Of a stretch of DNA of 64,000 nt, positions 27,996 to 36,542 are shown in pieces. The notes below the pieces were generated by a model, which searched no databases, was not told the DNA's origin, and worked only from the letters and a program-made list of their open reading frames with translations. The number at the start of each line of letters is the position of its first letter. Within the stretch, counting starts at the first letter, position 1. This DNA is from Vicinamibacterales bacterium (GTDB taxonomy: Bacteria; Acidobacteriota; Vicinamibacteria; Vicinamibacterales; CAVVIG01). Both the position numbers and the translations under genes were made by a program. Where the stretch lies: the NCBI GenBank assembly GCA_036268855.1, contig DATATJ010000197.1, positions 2,315 through 66,314 on the forward strand. Reading direction: 5' to 3'.

Positions 27996-29114
27996 GTGAG
28001 CGCCTCGCGCGATATCGTCGTCGTGGGCGCCGGCATTGTCGGGTGCGCCGTGGCCTACGAGCTGGCGCGTCGAGGCGCGTCAGTGGACGTGATCGACATG
28101 CGTGCGGCCGGCATGGGCGCGACCCAGGCGTCCGCCGGCGTCCTTGCTCCGTACATCGAGGCGACAGAGGGCAGCGCGCTGCTCGATTTGACGACGCGCA
28201 GCCTCGATCTGTTCGACGATTTTGTCGCGTCCGTTTCGATCGACAGCGCCGTCTCGATTCCCTATCGTCGAACCGGCACGCTGGATGTGGCGCTGGATGA
28301 GGCGGCCATGCGCGGCTTTCGCGCGACGGCCGAGCGGCTGGTGGGTCGCGGCGTCACCGCGGAGATCGTTGATCGCGCCGGCATTCACGAACAGGAACCG
28401 CATCTTGCCGACGGAGCCATCGGCGGCCTGTTGATACCGCAGCACGGCTATGTCTCGGCGCCTGAGTTGACGCGCGCGCTCGCCGTCGCATCGCGTCGGC
28501 GTGGAGCGCAGATCATCGAGCACGGGGCGGTGCGGGGCATTGCCCGCGACGGCGACGGCGTGACCGTCGAGACGGACCGCGGCTCGCTCATCGGCGATGC
28601 GGTCGTCCTGGCCGCAGGCAGCTGGTCCGCATCGATTGCCATCGACGGCGTTTCGCGGCGCATGCCGCTGCGCCCGGTCCGCGGCCAGCTGCTCCACCTC
28701 GGGTGGCAGGGCACACCGCTGCGTCGCGTCACGTGGTCGCCGCATTGCTATCTCGTGCCTTGGGACGACGGGACGCTGCTGGTTGGCGCAACGGCCGAGG
28801 AGGCGGGCTTTGACGAGCGGACGACGGCGGCCGGCGTGCGTGGACTGCTGGAGGCGGCGTGCACGCTGCTCCCGCACGCGTCGGGCGCGGCCTTTCTCGG
28901 CGCGCGAGTCGGGCTGCGTCCGGCGTCGAGCGATGGGTTGCCCATTCTCGGCGCGTCGCGCGTTATCCCGAATCTCATGTACGCGACCGGCCACTACCGC
29001 AATGGCATTCTGCTGGCGCCGCTGACGGCGAAGCTGGTCGCCGACGCGATGCTCGACGGCCGCATCGATCCGGTGCTGGCGAGCGTGAGCCCGCAGCGTT
29101 TCGGCGACTTATGA
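27996..29114 (+). CDS. thiO: glycine oxidase ThiO-like FAD-dependent oxidoreductase
   Basis: DIVVVGAGIVGCAVAYELARRG..V and the C-terminal ATGHYRNGILLAPLTA motif typical of ThiO. No thiS/thiG/thiE neighbours, so a general glycine or D-amino-acid oxidase role is equally possible. Confidence 0.7.
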   Translation: MSASRDIVVVGAGIVGCAVAYELARRGASVDVIDMRAAGMGATQASAGVLAPYIEATEGSALLDLTTRSLDLFDDFVASVSIDSAVSIPYRRTGTLDVALDEAAMRGFRATAERLVGRGVTAEIVDRAGIHEQEPHLADGAIGGLLIPQHGYVSAPELTRALAVASRRRGAQIIEHGAVRGIARDGDGVTVETDRGSLIGDAVVLAAGSWSASIAIDGVSRRMPLRPVRGQLLHLGWQGTPLRRVTWSPHCYLVPWDDGTLLVGATAEEAGFDERTTAAGVRGLLEAACTLLPHASGAAFLGARVGLRPASSDGLPILGASRVIPNLMYATGHYRNGILLAPLTAKLVADAMLDGRIDPVLASVSPQRFGDL

Positions 29115-29202
29115 TCGCGCCAGCAGGATCAGCGGCCAGAGACGTCGCGGCCGAGGAGCTCGCCGCACGTTTGCCGATGGCGGAAATGCCGCTGGGAAGA
29201 CG

Positions 29203-29565
29203 ATGAACGAGATCTCGATTGGCGCAGCGCGCTACCGGATCGTGACCGTCGGGCGCGACGGCCAGTGGGTTGCGCACGCGGAGCGCAGTGATAACGGCGA
29301 TCGGTTCGGCATCGAATGCGGCGGTGCGACCGAGGCCGAGGCGGTACAGCGGCTGCGCCACTGGCTCGAATGGCAGCACGAGCACGCCGAGGCGCTCGAC
29401 GCGCTGCAGACGGCCGAGCGCGCGTATCATCGCACCATCGCCGGGAGTGCGTTTGCGGATCCGACGGAAGGGCCGTCGCCGGTCGAGATGCAGAAGGACT
29501 CGCTGGATGCGGTCGAAGCCGCGCGCCTTCGTCTCGACGACGTTCGCGCGCGCAAGCCATGTTAG
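29203..29565 (+). CDS. hypothetical protein
   Basis: 120-aa ORF with coding-like composition in a co-directional string. No family recognised. Confidence 0.45.
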   Translation: MNEISIGAARYRIVTVGRDGQWVAHAERSDNGDRFGIECGGATEAEAVQRLRHWLEWQHEHAEALDALQTAERAYHRTIAGSAFADPTEGPSPVEMQKDSLDAVEAARLRLDDVRARKPC

Positions 29566-29599
29566 CACCACGAACCGTTGCGATTGGAGGGGTAGCAGC

Positions 29600-29884
29600 A
29601 TGCCGAAGCTGTCGTCGAAGGACGCGGAGCAGCGGCTCGAGTGTCTCGCCGGCTGGACGCTCGATCACGATGCGATTCGCCGCCAGTACACGTTCGCCGA
29701 TTTTCCCGGCGCGGTCGCGTTCGTGAACCGGCTTGTGCCGGGTGCCGAGCGCGCCGATCATCACCCGGACATTCTGATCAACTACAAACGCGTGACGCTG
29801 ACGTACTCGACGCACAGCGAAGGCGGGCTGACCGACAAGGATTTCGACGGCGCGGCAATGGCCGATCGCGCCGCGGAGGACTGA
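29600..29884 (+). CDS. 4a-hydroxytetrahydrobiopterin dehydratase (PCD/DCoH family)
   Basis: Internal ATG 29600 of ORF 29270..29884. MPKLSSKDAEQRLECLAGWTL..I.R.YTFADF..A.AFVNR....AE...HHPD....Y..V.L...TH..GGLT..D is the PCD signature (HHPD). Confidence 0.85.
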   Translation: MPKLSSKDAEQRLECLAGWTLDHDAIRRQYTFADFPGAVAFVNRLVPGAERADHHPDILINYKRVTLTYSTHSEGGLTDKDFDGAAMADRAAED

Positions 29885-29921
29885 CGCGACAGGCCGCGGT
29901 TCCGCGACACGCGTTGCCACG

Positions 29922-30407
29922 ATGAAGCTCAAGCGCACCTACTCGTCCCGCGAAGTGGCCGGACTGACCGGCCTCACGGCGCGGCAGCTGCAGCTGTGGG
30001 ACGCCGGCGGCCTGTTGTCGCCCGCGATTCCGTCGCATCGCACCGACGCGGGCGGTTACACGGAGCGCCGCTACTCGCCGATCGAGCTCTTCGAGCTGCT
30101 CGTGCTCGCCGATCTCCGGCGGCGCGGTTTCACCATCCAGCAGCTTCATGCCATTCTCACCGCGCTGGTCGAGCAGTTCGGCATTCGTCTGTTCGACGCC
30201 ACCGGCGGCGGCGGCGCCGTGCAGCTTCTGACCGACGGCCGCGAAATCTACGCGCGCACGGCGAGCGGTCAATTCTTCAATCTGCTGAAGACGCCGACGC
30301 AGCCGCTCCTGGCGATTGGCGACGAACAGCTGCTGCGGGAATTGAGCTCGTCGCTCCGGGGGCGAAAAAAAGTGAAGAGGAAGCGGAAGCTGCCGATCGC
30401 GGGATGA
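29922..30407 (+). CDS. MerR family transcriptional regulator with unassigned C-terminal domain and basic tail
   Basis: YSSREVAGLTGLTARQLQLWDAGGLL..RRYSPIELFELLVLADLRRRGFTIQQL is the MerR wHTH. The C-terminal tail is RGRKKVKRKRK. Confidence 0.8.
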   Translation: MKLKRTYSSREVAGLTGLTARQLQLWDAGGLLSPAIPSHRTDAGGYTERRYSPIELFELLVLADLRRRGFTIQQLHAILTALVEQFGIRLFDATGGGGAVQLLTDGREIYARTASGQFFNLLKTPTQPLLAIGDEQLLRELSSSLRGRKKVKRKRKLPIAG

Positions 30408-30426
30408 GGCAGGGCCCGAGGCGGAC

Positions 30427-30723
30427 TCAGCCGATGGGGAAGATCTTTTCCAGCCCGTCGGCCGGCCGTGGAATCACGTGAACGCCCACCAGCTGTCCGA
30501 CACGGCGCGCCGCGGCCGCGCCGGCGTCGGTGGCAGCTTTCACCGATCCGACGTCGCCGCGAACGATGGCGGTGACCATCCCCGCGTCGACCTTCTGCCA
30601 GCCGACGAACACGACGTTGGCCGCTTTTACCATCGCGTCAGCAGCTTCGATCATGCCGACCAGGCCGATGGTCTCGATCATGCCCAGCGCGTCGCCGAGC
30701 TCGCGTTTGTCCTTGTCAGCCAT
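30427..30723 (-). CDS. bacterial microcompartment shell protein, BMC-H (single Pfam00936-type domain)
   Basis: Internal ATG (CAT 30721-30723). [98 protein letters not shown] matches the PduA/EutM/CcmK consensus. I verified the 3' end directly on the DNA. Confidence 0.9.
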   Translation of the reverse strand: MADKDKRELGDALGMIETIGLVGMIEAADAMVKAANVVFVGWQKVDAGMVTAIVRGDVGSVKAATDAGAAAARRVGQLVGVHVIPRPADGLEKIFPIG

Positions 30724-30790
30724 GTGAATACGGTCGCCACGCATTGCATGGCGCGATGACCCGGGTGTGACTATATCCCAAAAGGCGCGG

Positions 30791-31906
30791 TTACGTGATT
30801 CGCCCGCGGGCCGCGACCGGCAGCGTGTCGATGACGCGATCGCCCTCGACCAGGCGCACGGCATCCATCAGATTCGAGACGACGCAGGAATGGTTCGGCA
30901 GGACGCGCACGCGATCGCCCGGCTCGAGGCGGGTTGTGCCGGCCACTCGAACGGTCGCGTGCTCTTCGGACAGTCGATCGATGGTCAGCGTGTCGTCCAC
31001 GCCGCCGTCCGCGGTCAGCACGGCGCCGTACCCCTCGGCCTTGGTGATGCCGCGCGCCTGATCGTTGGTGAGCGTCTTGCTCCCGCAGTCGAGAATGATC
31101 CGATCCGGCGCAGGCTTGGAGACGACGGTGGCCAGAATGGTGAGCGCGCAATCGTCGAGCGCCGCGCTGCCGAGCGACACCTGCGTGCGGTCGAAATAGA
31201 CGTAGTTACCGGGCCGCATCTCGGAAATCCCGCGCTGGCGGACGCTGAAGCGCAGCGTGGGCGTCGCGCCGACCGAAATCTCTTCGAGCGAAAGACCCGC
31301 CGCCGCGGCGCGGTCGCGCAGCGCCGTCAGCGTGGCGGCCTCCTGCGTGGCGATGGCATTCAGCGCGTCCTCCGACGAGGCGTGGTACGCGTGGCCGGCG
31401 TGGCTCAGCAGCCCGCGCAGGCGGAGCCCAGGCATGGCGGCGATGGCGGTCAGGAACGCGAGCGGATCGCCGCGATCGGGGTCGATCCCACACCGGTGAA
31501 ATCCGACATCCACCTTCACCAGCACGTCGAGCGTGCGGCCGGCGCGCTCCATGGCCTCCGACCATCCGTGCGCGACCGCCAGATGATCCACGATGATCGA
31601 GATCGCGGCGCGGTCCATCAGCGCCAACATGCGCGAAGCGTTGGCCGGGTTCACCGGGTAGGGCAGCCGGATGTCGCGGATGCCCGCCTCGGCGAACACT
31701 TCGGCTTCACCGACCTTCGCACAGCAGATGCCGATGGCGCCCCGCTCGATCTGCCAGGCCGCGACGGTCGGCGACTTGTGTGTTTTCGCATGAGGCCGCA
31801 GCCGAATCCCTGCGGCCGACGCGAGCGCCTGCACGCGGTCGATGTTGCGCCGCGCTCGCGCGTGATCGATCAGAACTTGAGGCGTGGGGAGATCAGAGAG
31901 AAGCAT
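30791..31906 (-). CDS. D-TA family PLP-dependent enzyme (D-threonine aldolase / DSD1 D-serine dehydratase-like, alanine-racemase fold)
   Basis: LPTPQVLID......NI.R......[15 protein letters not shown] (PLP lysine in AKTHK), [17 protein letters not shown] and a C-terminal beta domain. Start at ATG (CAT 31904-31906). The longer track ORF reads into the word repeat. Confidence 0.85.
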   Translation of the reverse strand: MLLSDLPTPQVLIDHARARRNIDRVQALASAAGIRLRPHAKTHKSPTVAAWQIERGAIGICCAKVGEAEVFAEAGIRDIRLPYPVNPANASRMLALMDRAAISIIVDHLAVAHGWSEAMERAGRTLDVLVKVDVGFHRCGIDPDRGDPLAFLTAIAAMPGLRLRGLLSHAGHAYHASSEDALNAIATQEAATLTALRDRAAAAGLSLEEISVGATPTLRFSVRQRGISEMRPGNYVYFDRTQVSLGSAALDDCALTILATVVSKPAPDRIILDCGSKTLTNDQARGITKAEGYGAVLTADGGVDDTLTIDRLSEEHATVRVAGTTRLEPGDRVRVLPNHSCVVSNLMDAVRLVEGDRVIDTLPVAARGRIT

Positions 31907-31998
31907 CGGAATGGTGAGCTCTCTAGTTGGCCAATTAGTAAGTTGGTGAGTTGGTAATTGCAGCTGACGCACTTGAATCTTAATTTACCAACCGTCAT

Positions 31999-32046
31999 TT
32001 ACCAACTTACCAACTTACCAACTTACCAATCTACCAACTCACCAAT
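31999..32046. repeat. octanucleotide tandem array (ttaccaac x3, ttaccaat, ctaccaac, tcaccaat), 48 bp, in a low-G+C spacer
   Basis: Read directly. There is one more ttaccaac at 31985-31992. Reverse-complement words gttggtga/gttggtaa lie at 31942-31957. ttggtgagttggta (31943-31956) is a perfect 14-bp inverted repeat of taccaactcaccaa (32032-32045). Confidence 0.95.
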
Positions 32047-32061
32047 TCAGCGAGCGGGCTG

Positions 32062-33306
32062 TCAGGCGAGCAACCCGGGGAATTTGCTCGTCTGCACGGG
32101 ATGCCCCGGGAAAATCGGATCGGCGTTCGCGACGCCCATGTGCCGCACGACAATCTCCGCGAACACGTCGCGGAAGTCGGTGGTGACCGCGAGATCGCGG
32201 CCGTCGTAACGTCGATCGACGGCCAGTCCGGGCCATTTGCCGTAGACGTGGCCGCCGTGGACGCCGCCGCCGATCACCAGCATCGCGTTGCCATGCCCAT
32301 GATCGGTGCCGCGGTTGCCGTTCTCGTTCACCGCCCGTCCGAACTCGGACATCGTCAACACCACCGTGTCTTCCATGCGATCGCCGAGGTCGGTGACGAG
32401 CGCCGCGATCGCGCGGCTGAAGTCGTCGAGCCGGGTGCCGAGCTGGCCCTGTCCGGCGCCCTGATTGACGTGCGTATCCCAGCCGCCGATGTCCGCGAAC
32501 GCGACTTCCAGGCCGACGGATGATTTCGCAAGCTGCGCGATCTGCTTCAGCGCCTGTCCGAAGGGCGAACGCGGGTACTCGGCGCCGTGCTCCGGCTGAT
32601 ATTTTGCGGGGTCGGCGACCTTCAGCATCTTGATCGCGTCGAAGGCTTCGCGCCCCGTGCCGTTCAGCACGCGATCCGCTGCCGCCGCGTACTCGGCCTC
32701 GAATGACGCGCCGAGCATATCGCCCGCGGCGCCGCGGATGCCGAACTGGCCGAGCTGGTTCATCGCCAGGGCCGCGGCGGGCCCCTGCAGCGCCCGCGGC
32801 AGCTGCGGTGCCAACGCCACGGCACGGAACGGCGTCGCCTCCTCCGCGTGCCGTGTTTGCAGGTAGCGGTTCAACCAGCCGTCGTCCGTGCGCTTCACGC
32901 CGGGCGTCGCCGTTTCCATGTAGTCCTGCGCGTCGAAATGCGATCGCGTGCTGTCCGGCGAGCCGCACGCGTGCACAATCGCCAGCTGTCGTGCGTCCCA
33001 GAGGGGCTTCAATGCCTGGAGGCGCGGATTCAGGCCGAAGAATCCGTCGAGATCGATGGCTGCATTCTCGGCGCCGCCCGGCCGCGCGATCGCGATGCTC
33101 GGCCGAGCCCGGTAATACTCGGCTTCGCCGAAGGGGACGATGACGCTGAGGCCGTCGACGGCGCCGCGCTGAAAGATCGCGATCAGCAGCTTCGGCCGGC
33201 CCGACGCGCCGGCGGCGAAGGCGGTGCGCGTCAGGAACGACGGCGCGAACCCCAGGCTGACGAACGCGAACGCTCCCTGCTTCAAGAAGACACGTCGCGA
33301 CTGCAT
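32062..33306 (-). CDS. DUF1501 domain-containing protein (sulfatase-like fold), Tat-exported
   Basis: MQSRRVFLKQGAFAFVSLGF is a twin-arginine signal. ..GGWDTH.NQ.. and ..SEFGR....N...GTDHG are DUF1501 hallmarks. Confidence 0.9.
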   Translation of the reverse strand: MQSRRVFLKQGAFAFVSLGFAPSFLTRTAFAAGASGRPKLLIAIFQRGAVDGLSVIVPFGEAEYYRARPSIAIARPGGAENAAIDLDGFFGLNPRLQALKPLWDARQLAIVHACGSPDSTRSHFDAQDYMETATPGVKRTDDGWLNRYLQTRHAEEATPFRAVALAPQLPRALQGPAAALAMNQLGQFGIRGAAGDMLGASFEAEYAAAADRVLNGTGREAFDAIKMLKVADPAKYQPEHGAEYPRSPFGQALKQIAQLAKSSVGLEVAFADIGGWDTHVNQGAGQGQLGTRLDDFSRAIAALVTDLGDRMEDTVVLTMSEFGRAVNENGNRGTDHGHGNAMLVIGGGVHGGHVYGKWPGLAVDRRYDGRDLAVTTDFRDVFAEIVVRHMGVANADPIFPGHPVQTSKFPGLLA

Positions 33307-33375
33307 GTCAGATCTCCCGCGCCCCGTGGGCGCACTTCATCACGCCGGTCGTGGCCGCCGAGCTCGGTTGCCGTC

Positions 33376-34983
33376 TCAGCGGCGCTGGAACTCCGGTGCG
33401 CCGAGCGTCAGCGCGACCATCTGCGGCGCGGTCGCCGCCTTCGCGATCGTCGCCCGTGTCATCTCCGATACATCGTCGTTGAGCGCGACGTGGAGGATGG
33501 ACGAGTCCGCCGCCTGGCGACTGATTTGTTGAGCGAAGTTCATCCGGCTGACGAGCGCGCCGGTGTTCACCCACGCGTCGGCCGAATCCGAGTACCCGGT
33601 CGGCGGCTGGCACTGATACGGCGGCATCCCGAGCTGCTGCAGCGCGCGCACGAACGGTGTCGCGTCGGCGATCTCCACCTGCGCCGCGCGCGCCGCGCTC
33701 ACCACGAATTCGAAGGGGGTCTTTACCTTGGCGCGGTACGCCTCGGGCGACAGGAATTCCGGAGAGGTGAGGATCGTCCGCATCACCTCGCGCAGATCGC
33801 CGCCGGTCGCGCGAAAGCGGGCCGCGACGTGGTCGACCAGCGCCGGCGGCGGCGTGTCGGCGACGAATCGCCGCACGAGCTTCGTCGCGATGAAACGGGC
33901 GGTGGACGGGTGCGCGGCGAGGATGTCGAGCACCTGCTCGCCGTCGCTCATGCCGCCATGAGCGTTGATCCGATGGCCCAGCACCACCTTCTCGCCATCG
34001 TCGTGCAGGCGAGGCTCGAAGTGGAATCCGCCGCCCTGCCGCGGCCGCTGAATGGTCCACCCCGTAAAAGCGCGCGCGACCTCCGTGACGTCCTGTTGTG
34101 TGTAGCCGCCGTCCACGCCAAGCGTGTGCAGCTCCATCAGCTCGCGGCCGTAATTCTCGTTGAGGCCCTTCGGCGCGTTCTTTTTCTGCGCCGCCTGCGG
34201 CCGGCTTGGCCGCGCGCCAAAGGCGCCCCACGGATGCGGCCCAAAGGGACCGCGTGCCGGCGGCATTTGTCCGTCACGCGGGAGGTACTGGCGAGCAGAA
34301 GACGCGGGCGCCGCGCTCATCCAGTTGTCCAGATAGAAGAGCATCGCGGGGCTCTTGGCGGTTGCCTCGAGCAGATCGCGGAACGTGCCGAGCACGTGTG
34401 GCCGGATCGTCTCGCGCTCGTACTCCGTGACGAGAAACCGGTCGGCCCCCTTCCGCGCGTCCACGTTGAAGTGATTGAACCAGAAATCGGTGAGCACTTC
34501 CTGCAGCTGACGCTCGCTGTACACCGCGCGCAGGACCTTCTGTTCCGACAGCTGCACGACCACGGCGTTCGCGCGCTTCTGGCGCGGATCGGGCGGCATC
34601 GCCGGCGTCGCGTCGGCGCCACCAGCCGGGTCCATTTTCGTGCGCTGCTGCTTCTCGCGCCGCGCTTCGAGCAGCGGCCGCTCGTACTGGTCGGCGATCT
34701 CGCGCGAGCTGAGACCGATCGTGTCGAGCCCGGCCAAGTGCGCCGGCAGACCGTTGTCCGGAATGTGCTCCGGATGCAGCTGCGCGTCGATGTACCGCTC
34801 GATGCCGAGCCGCCGAACCTGCTCGACGTCGCCCGGCCGCGGACCGAATCCGACGCGGTTCAGCACATGGACAATCGCCTTGTCGTCACTCGGAACCGTG
34901 GCGGCATGGGGGCCGGAAGTGGCCGCCGACAGGCAGAAAACGCCACCTAAACCCAGCACGACGCCGGCAAGTCTGGCTTTCAT
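33376..34983 (-). CDS. DUF1800 domain-containing protein
   Basis: LNRVGFGPRPGD, LTDFWFNHFNV, NENYGRELMELHTLGVDGGYTQ.DV..VARAFTGW. This is the usual upstream partner of DUF1501. Confidence 0.9.
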   Translation of the reverse strand: MKARLAGVVLGLGGVFCLSAATSGPHAATVPSDDKAIVHVLNRVGFGPRPGDVEQVRRLGIERYIDAQLHPEHIPDNGLPAHLAGLDTIGLSSREIADQYERPLLEARREKQQRTKMDPAGGADATPAMPPDPRQKRANAVVVQLSEQKVLRAVYSERQLQEVLTDFWFNHFNVDARKGADRFLVTEYERETIRPHVLGTFRDLLEATAKSPAMLFYLDNWMSAAPASSARQYLPRDGQMPPARGPFGPHPWGAFGARPSRPQAAQKKNAPKGLNENYGRELMELHTLGVDGGYTQQDVTEVARAFTGWTIQRPRQGGGFHFEPRLHDDGEKVVLGHRINAHGGMSDGEQVLDILAAHPSTARFIATKLVRRFVADTPPPALVDHVAARFRATGGDLREVMRTILTSPEFLSPEAYRAKVKTPFEFVVSAARAAQVEIADATPFVRALQQLGMPPYQCQPPTGYSDSADAWVNTGALVSRMNFAQQISRQAADSSILHVALNDDVSEMTRATIAKAATAPQMVALTLGAPEFQRR

Positions 34984-35042
34984 GTCCCGGTTAGACCGTC
35001 GGCCGCCATCCGACGTTTAAAAAAATGCCACACTGAGAAAAT

Positions 35043-36014
35043 ATGGCCGATTTAGTCTCTGCCGAGGGGCGCATTCTCGAGCAGATCCTCAACGCCAGCC
35101 ACGAAATCTGGCATGAAGGGCTTTCGCGGGACCGGTACGCTCGGTTTTTTGAGGCGCAGCGGCGCACGGCTTGGGGAGCCACCCGCCTCAGCCGGTGGGC
35201 TCTCGTCGACGGGATCGACGTCCTGGCGAGCGCCAAGGAGTACTCGCTGCGGGCCGTGCTGGACGGCCGCCCGATCGAGGTGGTGGGCATTGGCGCGGTG
35301 TTCACGCAGCCCGAACAGCGCGGCCGCCGTCATGCGCGCGATCTGATCGAACGGATGCTGGCTCGCGGCGCGCGTCGGGGCGCGGGGCTGGCGCTGCTGT
35401 TTTCGGAGATCGGCGCCGACTACTACGCACGCCTTGGCTTCATCCCGATGCCGACGATCGATCGCACGCTGGCCGTCGCCACGTCCGATCGCCATGGGGC
35501 GCCGGCCGCGATGATTCGCAGCGGGCACGACCGCGATCTCGACGCGATCGTGGCGATGAACCACACGCGCGCGAAGCCTTTCCGCTTTCACCTCGATCGC
35601 GACCGGGACCTGCTGAGCTACGCAATCACCAAGAAGCGTCTGCTCGCCGGATTCGGACGCGCGGGCGTCCGCGAAGTGCACTTCTTCGTCACGGAAGAAG
35701 GCACGACGGCCGTCGCGTACGTCGTCTTGAGCGTGCGCGGCGGACAGTGGACGCTCGAGGAATGCGGCGATCGCGATCCGAGCGGCGCGCGCGTCGGGGC
35801 GATCCTGCAGGCGTTGATTGCACGCGAGCCGGCACAGCGCCATCCGGCGATTCGCGCGTGGCTGCCGCCAGGGTTCCTGCCGCCGCAGGTGTCGATTGTC
35901 GCGACCTGCTCCGCGTCGGACGTCATGATGCTGCGTCCCCTGACACCGGACGCGGACGCAGCGCGGACGCTCGGCGTGGACGATGTGCTGTACTGGCGAG
36001 ACGATGTGTTTTAG
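35043..36014 (+). CDS. GNAT family N-acetyltransferase (two-domain, Eis-like layout)
   Basis: IGAVFTQPEQRGRRHARDLIERML (Q/RxxGxG/A acetyl-CoA motif) and YYARLGF. Confidence 0.7.
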   Translation: MADLVSAEGRILEQILNASHEIWHEGLSRDRYARFFEAQRRTAWGATRLSRWALVDGIDVLASAKEYSLRAVLDGRPIEVVGIGAVFTQPEQRGRRHARDLIERMLARGARRGAGLALLFSEIGADYYARLGFIPMPTIDRTLAVATSDRHGAPAAMIRSGHDRDLDAIVAMNHTRAKPFRFHLDRDRDLLSYAITKKRLLAGFGRAGVREVHFFVTEEGTTAVAYVVLSVRGGQWTLEECGDRDPSGARVGAILQALIAREPAQRHPAIRAWLPPGFLPPQVSIVATCSASDVMMLRPLTPDADAARTLGVDDVLYWRDDVF

Positions 36015-36048
36015 AGTGATGCGGGCCACCGAGGCACGGAGATGATCT

Positions 36049-36281
36049 GCCACAGAGCCACTGAGTCACCGAGAAGGCTCTTCTCGATGTTACCGATGGA
36101 ACGTTTGCCACAGAGCCACGGAGTCACCGAGAAGGCTCTTCTCGATGTTACCGATGGAACGTTTGCCACAGAGCCACGGAGTCACCGAGAAGGCTGTTCT
36201 CGATGTTACCGATGGAACGTTTGCCACAGAGCCACGGAGTCACCGAGAAGCCTCTTCTCGATGTCACCGGCGGGAAGGTTT
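36049..36281. repeat. 58-bp minisatellite, 4 head-to-tail copies
   Basis: The unit is gccacagagccacggagtcaccgagaaggctcttctcgatgttaccgatggaacgttt. Copies start at 36049, 36107, 36165 and 36223. Copies 1 and 3 each differ from copy 2 by one base. Copy 4 is 59 bp and diverged in its 3' half. A degenerate fifth copy lies near 36421. Each unit carries the stem cgagaag/cttctcg with a GCT loop. Confidence 0.95.
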
Positions 36282-36282
36282 G

Positions 36283-36362
36283 CCACAGAGCCACAGAGCC
36301 ACAGAGCCACAGAGCCACGGAGACACCGAGACACCGAGATACCGAGATACCGAGACACCGAG
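36283..36362. repeat. octanucleotide word array, 10 units (ccacagag x4, ccacggag, acaccgag x2, ataccgag x2, acaccgag)
   Basis: Read directly. It abuts the minisatellite, whose first 25 nt are built from the same words. Confidence 0.95.
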
Positions 36363-36501
36363 CGCGCCAACCTCGATCCCCGCGAAGGCATCGAGACACC
36401 GAGGACAATTACCCGGATCAGCCACAGAGTCACCGAGACAGTTCTTCTTTATGTGTCGGTGATAACAAAGACGAGCCCTTGAGATGAGTTTCGCTCAGTG
36501 T

Positions 36502-36542
36502 CTCCGTGGCTCTGTGGCTGTCGATCTCCGAGCCTCTGTGGC
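36502..36542. repeat. inverted copies of the minisatellite words next to the stop of the downstream gene
   Basis: ctccgtggctctgtggc (36502-36518) is the exact reverse complement of the first 17 nt of the 58-mer. ctctgtggc (36534-36542) is the reverse complement of gccacagag. Confidence 0.9.

Noticed and set aside
29115-32061. Additional microcompartment genes (BMC-P, BMC-T, or encapsulation-peptide-bearing enzymes) hidden near the BMC-H gene.
   Set aside because: All track ORFs overlapping this interval on both strands were read. None has the EutN/CcmL pattern or a second BMC domain. The antisense ORFs (30478..30759, 30530..30727) are shadow ORFs.
36049-36362. Possible CRISPR array, given the regularly spaced repeats.
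   Set aside because: The 58-bp units abut each other with no unique spacers between them. The following 8-nt words are also contiguous. No cas gene is present in the window. This is a minisatellite, not a CRISPR array.
36042-36487. Three overlapping plus-strand ORFs (146, 105 and 94 aa) across the repeat region, as possible repeat proteins.
   Set aside because: All three frames are open only because copies 2-4 of the repeat unit (and the word array that follows) lack stop triplets. The 58-nt period is not divisible by 3, so each copy is read in a different frame. The amino-acid composition (HRATE, PQSH and similar) is an artefact of the repeat.
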